Below are positions 61,701 to 64,000 of a DNA stretch of 64,000 nt, piece after piece. The stretch is from contig CAWJRG010000005.1 of assembly GCA_963845185.1 (NCBI GenBank), forward strand, positions 32,001 through 96,000, written 5' to 3'. Numbering within the stretch: the first letter of the stretch is position 1; the number at the start of each line of letters is the position of its first letter. The notes under the pieces are model-generated. The model was not told where the DNA came from and did not search any database. It was given only the letters and a program-made list of their open reading frames with translations. This DNA is from an uncultured bacterium. GTDB taxonomy: Bacteria; Oederibacteriota; PGYV01; CAWJRG01. Both the position numbers and the translations under genes were made by a program.

Positions 61701-63026
61701 AACTATCCCTGTGCATATCTGCACATTCGAAGGCGTCGGGTCGTCAAGAAGCATGGCCGGATATGACGATGACTGGCCGGCTCCTGTCAGTATCCTGTCT
61801 CCTGTGCTGCAAGGGTCGCTTATTGTCCATGTGCCGTAATCAGTGTTATACGGCAGCATTTTCCATCCTGCCGGCGGTTTATTGGTTATGCCGTATGTCC
61901 CCGTCGTTGTATCGTCAAACGCCCTTAATGCCTGAAGTTTGTCTCCGTTTACCTGGTAATCGAGATAGTATGTTATGGTCACGGTAGCATTCGTGGCTTT
62001 CATAAATGTGCTCACGCTCTCCAGTTTTTGCACTGATATTGCTGCCTGGCCCACTATCAGCGTGGCTGACGCGCTGTCATTGGTTGAACCGCTCGTCGCG
62101 TTTGCCGTGTTCGGCACTGACGTGCCTGATGCCATTGCTGTTGTCATCCTCATCAATATCCATACTGTGCCTGTTTTTGTGTATGTTGAATTCGGGAATG
62201 TCCATGTTACCGTGCCTGACGTGGCTCCCACACCAGGTGTTGTCACGCTTCCTGATGTTATTGAGCTCGGCCCGACCGACACCAGCGCGAGGCTTCCGCC
62301 TCCGGGCAGGCTGTCTGTTATTGTAAGCGGTCCGTTGCCGTAAGTGTAGTCTATGGAAAACAAAACAAGGTCCCCTACTGACTGCAGAACGCCCTCAACC
62401 CTTTTATCCAAAGTAACTGAATTGGCAGGCGGCGTTGGTAATGACCAGCTTAATACTGTTCCGGAGCCGCTTGAACTGCATGCGCCATTTGTTAAAGCAG
62501 CCCAGTTACTGCTACCAAAATATGAACTGTCTCCGCCTATTAACAAATTAAGAGTCGTCGCCCCGCACGCTGTCCCCATCTGCTGCGCGCTCGGCATTGT
62601 CAGGTTATACGACTCTGTGGCTAATCCAGCCTGGTTCCCCGAACCACCGCAGTCATTGCAATTTCCATAAGAGGGCGGCGCTGCTAAAACGTAGCCAAAA
62701 TCATTGCCTCCACTTGCGTTATTCGGGTTTGTGTCTGGGATATTAATGCCGTCTTTGCTTACCAAAAATATCTGTCCCCCTGTATTTGCCGGCTGGAAAG
62801 TGCTGCTCGTGCTCACTGCCACAAGCAGTTCATTGGTATTATACTCGTCCAGGCACATCTGCAAGGTTAAGATAAATTGCTGGCCCCAGCCCGGATTTGC
62901 AGGCGCTATGTTTACAGAAACTACTTGAGGAGTGCCAGCATAAATCAAGCTGCCTGATAATAAAAGCATGAATATAATTATTTCGATTAAAATATTTATC
63001 TTTTTTATGTTTTTTCTCATTTTCAT
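58779..63026 (-). CDS. Large secreted surface protein: DUF11-like and lectin-like domains, ~400-aa TxT tract, three tandem FlgD/CTD-like domains
   Basis: Signal peptide; Thr at nearly every second residue over ~59765-60975; three repeats of (Y/F)NxAGELV...WD...G..V..G.Y. Confidence 0.88.
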   Translation of the reverse strand: MKMRKNIKKINILIEIIIFMLLLSGSLIYAGTPQVVSVNIAPANPGWGQQFILTLQMCLDEYNTNELLVAVSTSSTFQPANTGGQIFLVSKDGINIPDTNPNNASGGNDFGYVLAAPPSYGNCNDCGGSGNQAGLATESYNLTMPSAQQMGTACGATTLNLLIGGDSSYFGSSNWAALTNGACSSSGSGTVLSWSLPTPPANSVTLDKRVEGVLQSVGDLVLFSIDYTYGNGPLTITDSLPGGGSLALVSVGPSSITSGSVTTPGVGATSGTVTWTFPNSTYTKTGTVWILMRMTTAMASGTSVPNTANATSGSTNDSASATLIVGQAAISVQKLESVSTFMKATNATVTITYYLDYQVNGDKLQALRAFDDTTTGTYGITNKPPAGWKMLPYNTDYGTWTISDPCSTGDRILTGAGQSSSYPAMLLDDPTPSNVQICTGIVEADVYINPGTYPGADGLVILRSNGQAGGNAEAYSLLLSIDTAPAGAYMAIQKCAGSSCTYNGASSAITIVGNTWYRTKTYMTQNGNDYIFNAKVWQVGQPEPTGYQVSFTDTGAATTGFNCGAGATYTDWRPGVGNQSGDGNGTVQDAYNNFAILVPRVAANATLYDTIPTGLTYAGSNPGAATTNPMVSWNMGNISDQSGSYTWWASTNACAQSFTNVGGIGATNIVSEFSNPVVFNIVCMSPTFTITPTRTPTPTPNSNSPTFTYTRTYTLTNTPTVTFTRTSTVTYTNTNTVTYTYTYTDTVTATRTVTFSVTNTVSITFTKTYTPTYTQTPTPTATMTYTNTASPTPTYTQTVTYTFTYTATSTSTRTETLTITPTYTQTSTRTNTPTYTNTMSPTDTYTDTVTYTSTQTPTPTNTHTPTYTITTSFTVVILSATFTPTYTITKTITPTYTQTDTNTNTPTYTNTTSPTDTYTETVTYTSTETPTPTSTHTPTYTITMTYTIIILSATFTPTYTITLTETFTYTATSTYTDTSTATSTNTVTDTQTETCTYTNTSLNTPSFTPTSSDTPTCTYTYTITFTPTSTSTYTSTSTQTLTDTASVTYTGTLTQTSTYTYTSTSTQTLTDTATATITQTLTITITPQPFQYVINISVYNEAGELVKTITNTTASGEAQQVELLLNGNQTGVVSPGSGTAVTIRIPGIQTPDQQKGTYSDFTWDGTNSAGQNVVNGVYYIKETTTDPYGHTNVITKQITAIGTNHYVQVNIFNSAGELVQTITAPYNGNGQVSLDVSNTNGNKNYVLPVGKGAPPITISYTSTAAPLSWDGKNSQGNYVQNGVYEVQLVVKTGQGSTVITSKSITILNEGNTDVLGTVKSLPNPYSGDTTTPLIFTWQPSAGGTIKIKIYNIAGELVRTLAGDLGAASINWDLKGVGGEKVSSGTYICVVEGVDNIGNKTRKIVKISALIRAETD

Positions 63027-63135
63027 TTTAGCTCACCGTTGTGCATTTTTCATATTTAAACCTTTAATTTCAATAAGTTTTTAGACAATAAAAAATGGGT
63101 TTAGTTTCGTTGTTTTTAATTAAATTTGACTGATA

Positions 63136-63164
63136 CTTATATCGCATTATGAAACTCTTGTCAA
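63136..63164 (-). promoter_or_regulatory. Putative sigma70 promoter
   Basis: TTGACA-17 nt-TATAAG. Confidence 0.65.
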
Positions 63165-63337
63165 GTGAAACTAAAGCAGCGAAATGCTGCAGCAGTAAAG
63201 TATATAAGGTTGATTTAATTCAAATTTAAACATATTTAGAGTTTTTTTGAAATAGATTGCTTTAAGTTTTGGATTATTTGAATTTATATTAAATTTTTGG
63301 AGTGGTTTGAATTACCGGATACGTTTTTTTCCTTTTA

Positions 63338-64000
63338 CTATTCCGCTGTAGTACCTATAATGGCAAATATCTTTACTATCTTCCTCTCTTTGTTTCCTGC
63401 ATTATCCACGCCTTCTACCACGCACACATATACCCCGCTAGCTACTGTCTGTCCGCTTACACTCTTTAAATCCCAGTTTATGCTCCCTGTACCAAGATCG
63501 CCTATCAGTGTTCTCACAAGCTCTCCCGCCATGTTGTAGACTTTTATTTTTATTACTCCGCCCGCGCTTGGCTGCCATGTGAATTTCAATGGTGTTGCCG
63601 TATTTCCTGTGTACGGATTCGGCAATGATTTCACAATACCAAGCAAATTAGCTGTCCCTTCATTTAATATAGTAACTGTTTTGCTTATGCTTGTGTTATA
63701 ACCCCTGTTCGTATTTACAACAATCTGTATTTCATATACTCCGCTTTGCAAATAATTTCCCTGCGTGTTTTTCCCATCCCAGGTTACAGCGTTTGTTGCA
63801 GTGTAATTGATTGTTATCGGCGGAGCTCCATTTCCTACCGGCAATACAGCATTATTATTGGTATTATTGGTTATATTCAAAGACGTCTGGCTGATGCCGT
63901 CATAAGGTGCCTTTATTGTCTGTACAAGCTCTCCTGCGCTGTTAAAAATATTTATTTGCACATACTGTGTTTCGTCAAGTGCTGTTACCTGCTTGGTAAT
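63338..64000 (-). CDS. C-terminal part of a paralog of 58779..63026 (tandem FlgD/CTD-like domains; 5' end outside window)
   Basis: Frame open to the window end (ITKQVTALDETQYVQINIFNSAGELVQ...); closely matches the last ~220 aa of the neighbour. Confidence 0.9.
   Translation of the reverse strand: MTKQVTALDETQYVQINIFNSAGELVQTIKAPYDGISQTSLNITNNTNNNAVLPVGNGAPPITINYTATNAVTWDGKNTQGNYLQSGVYEIQIVVNTNRGYNTSISKTVTILNEGTANLLGIVKSLPNPYTGNTATPLKFTWQPSAGGVIKIKVYNMAGELVRTLIGDLGTGSINWDLKSVSGQTVASGVYVCVVEGVDNAGNKERKIVKIFAIIGTTAE

Overview
Bacterial chromosomal window. Every intact gene is on the minus strand. The style of the secreted proteins (Thr/Pro linkers plus a C-terminal FlgD/T9SS-CTD-like domain) suggests a lineage such as Candidatus Goldiibacteriota; this is inference only. 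From right to left (transcription direction) it contains: two paralogous large secreted proteins, the complete one Thr-rich; a housekeeping run (tmk-holB-PSP1/ricT-metG-tatD-trpDCFBA-[GAF-GAF-HD-GYP]-accD-folC-cysE-orphan-ligA); a secreted GH-A-like/Fn3 protein; a putative GT-C glycosylation locus (YYY/DUF2298, TIGR03663-like, two NHL propellers, flippase, three GT2s, B12 radical SAM); a PAS-GGDEF, methyltransferase and AAC(3)-like gene; GH2 plus araFGH; and an accessory, frameshift-rich left part (hemerythrin, kelch, GH, MFS, NHL proteins, a RelBE-like pair and a DUF1998 helicase remnant). Two 1614-bp IS1182-family copies are each inserted at the centre of a GTAG-type palindrome with a 4-bp TSD. 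Intergenic DNA carries several repeat families. The most notable is a ~100-nt two-hairpin element with compensatory base changes (7 copies plus 1 fragment) that I cannot assign to a known family. No rRNA, tRNA or CRISPR array was seen.
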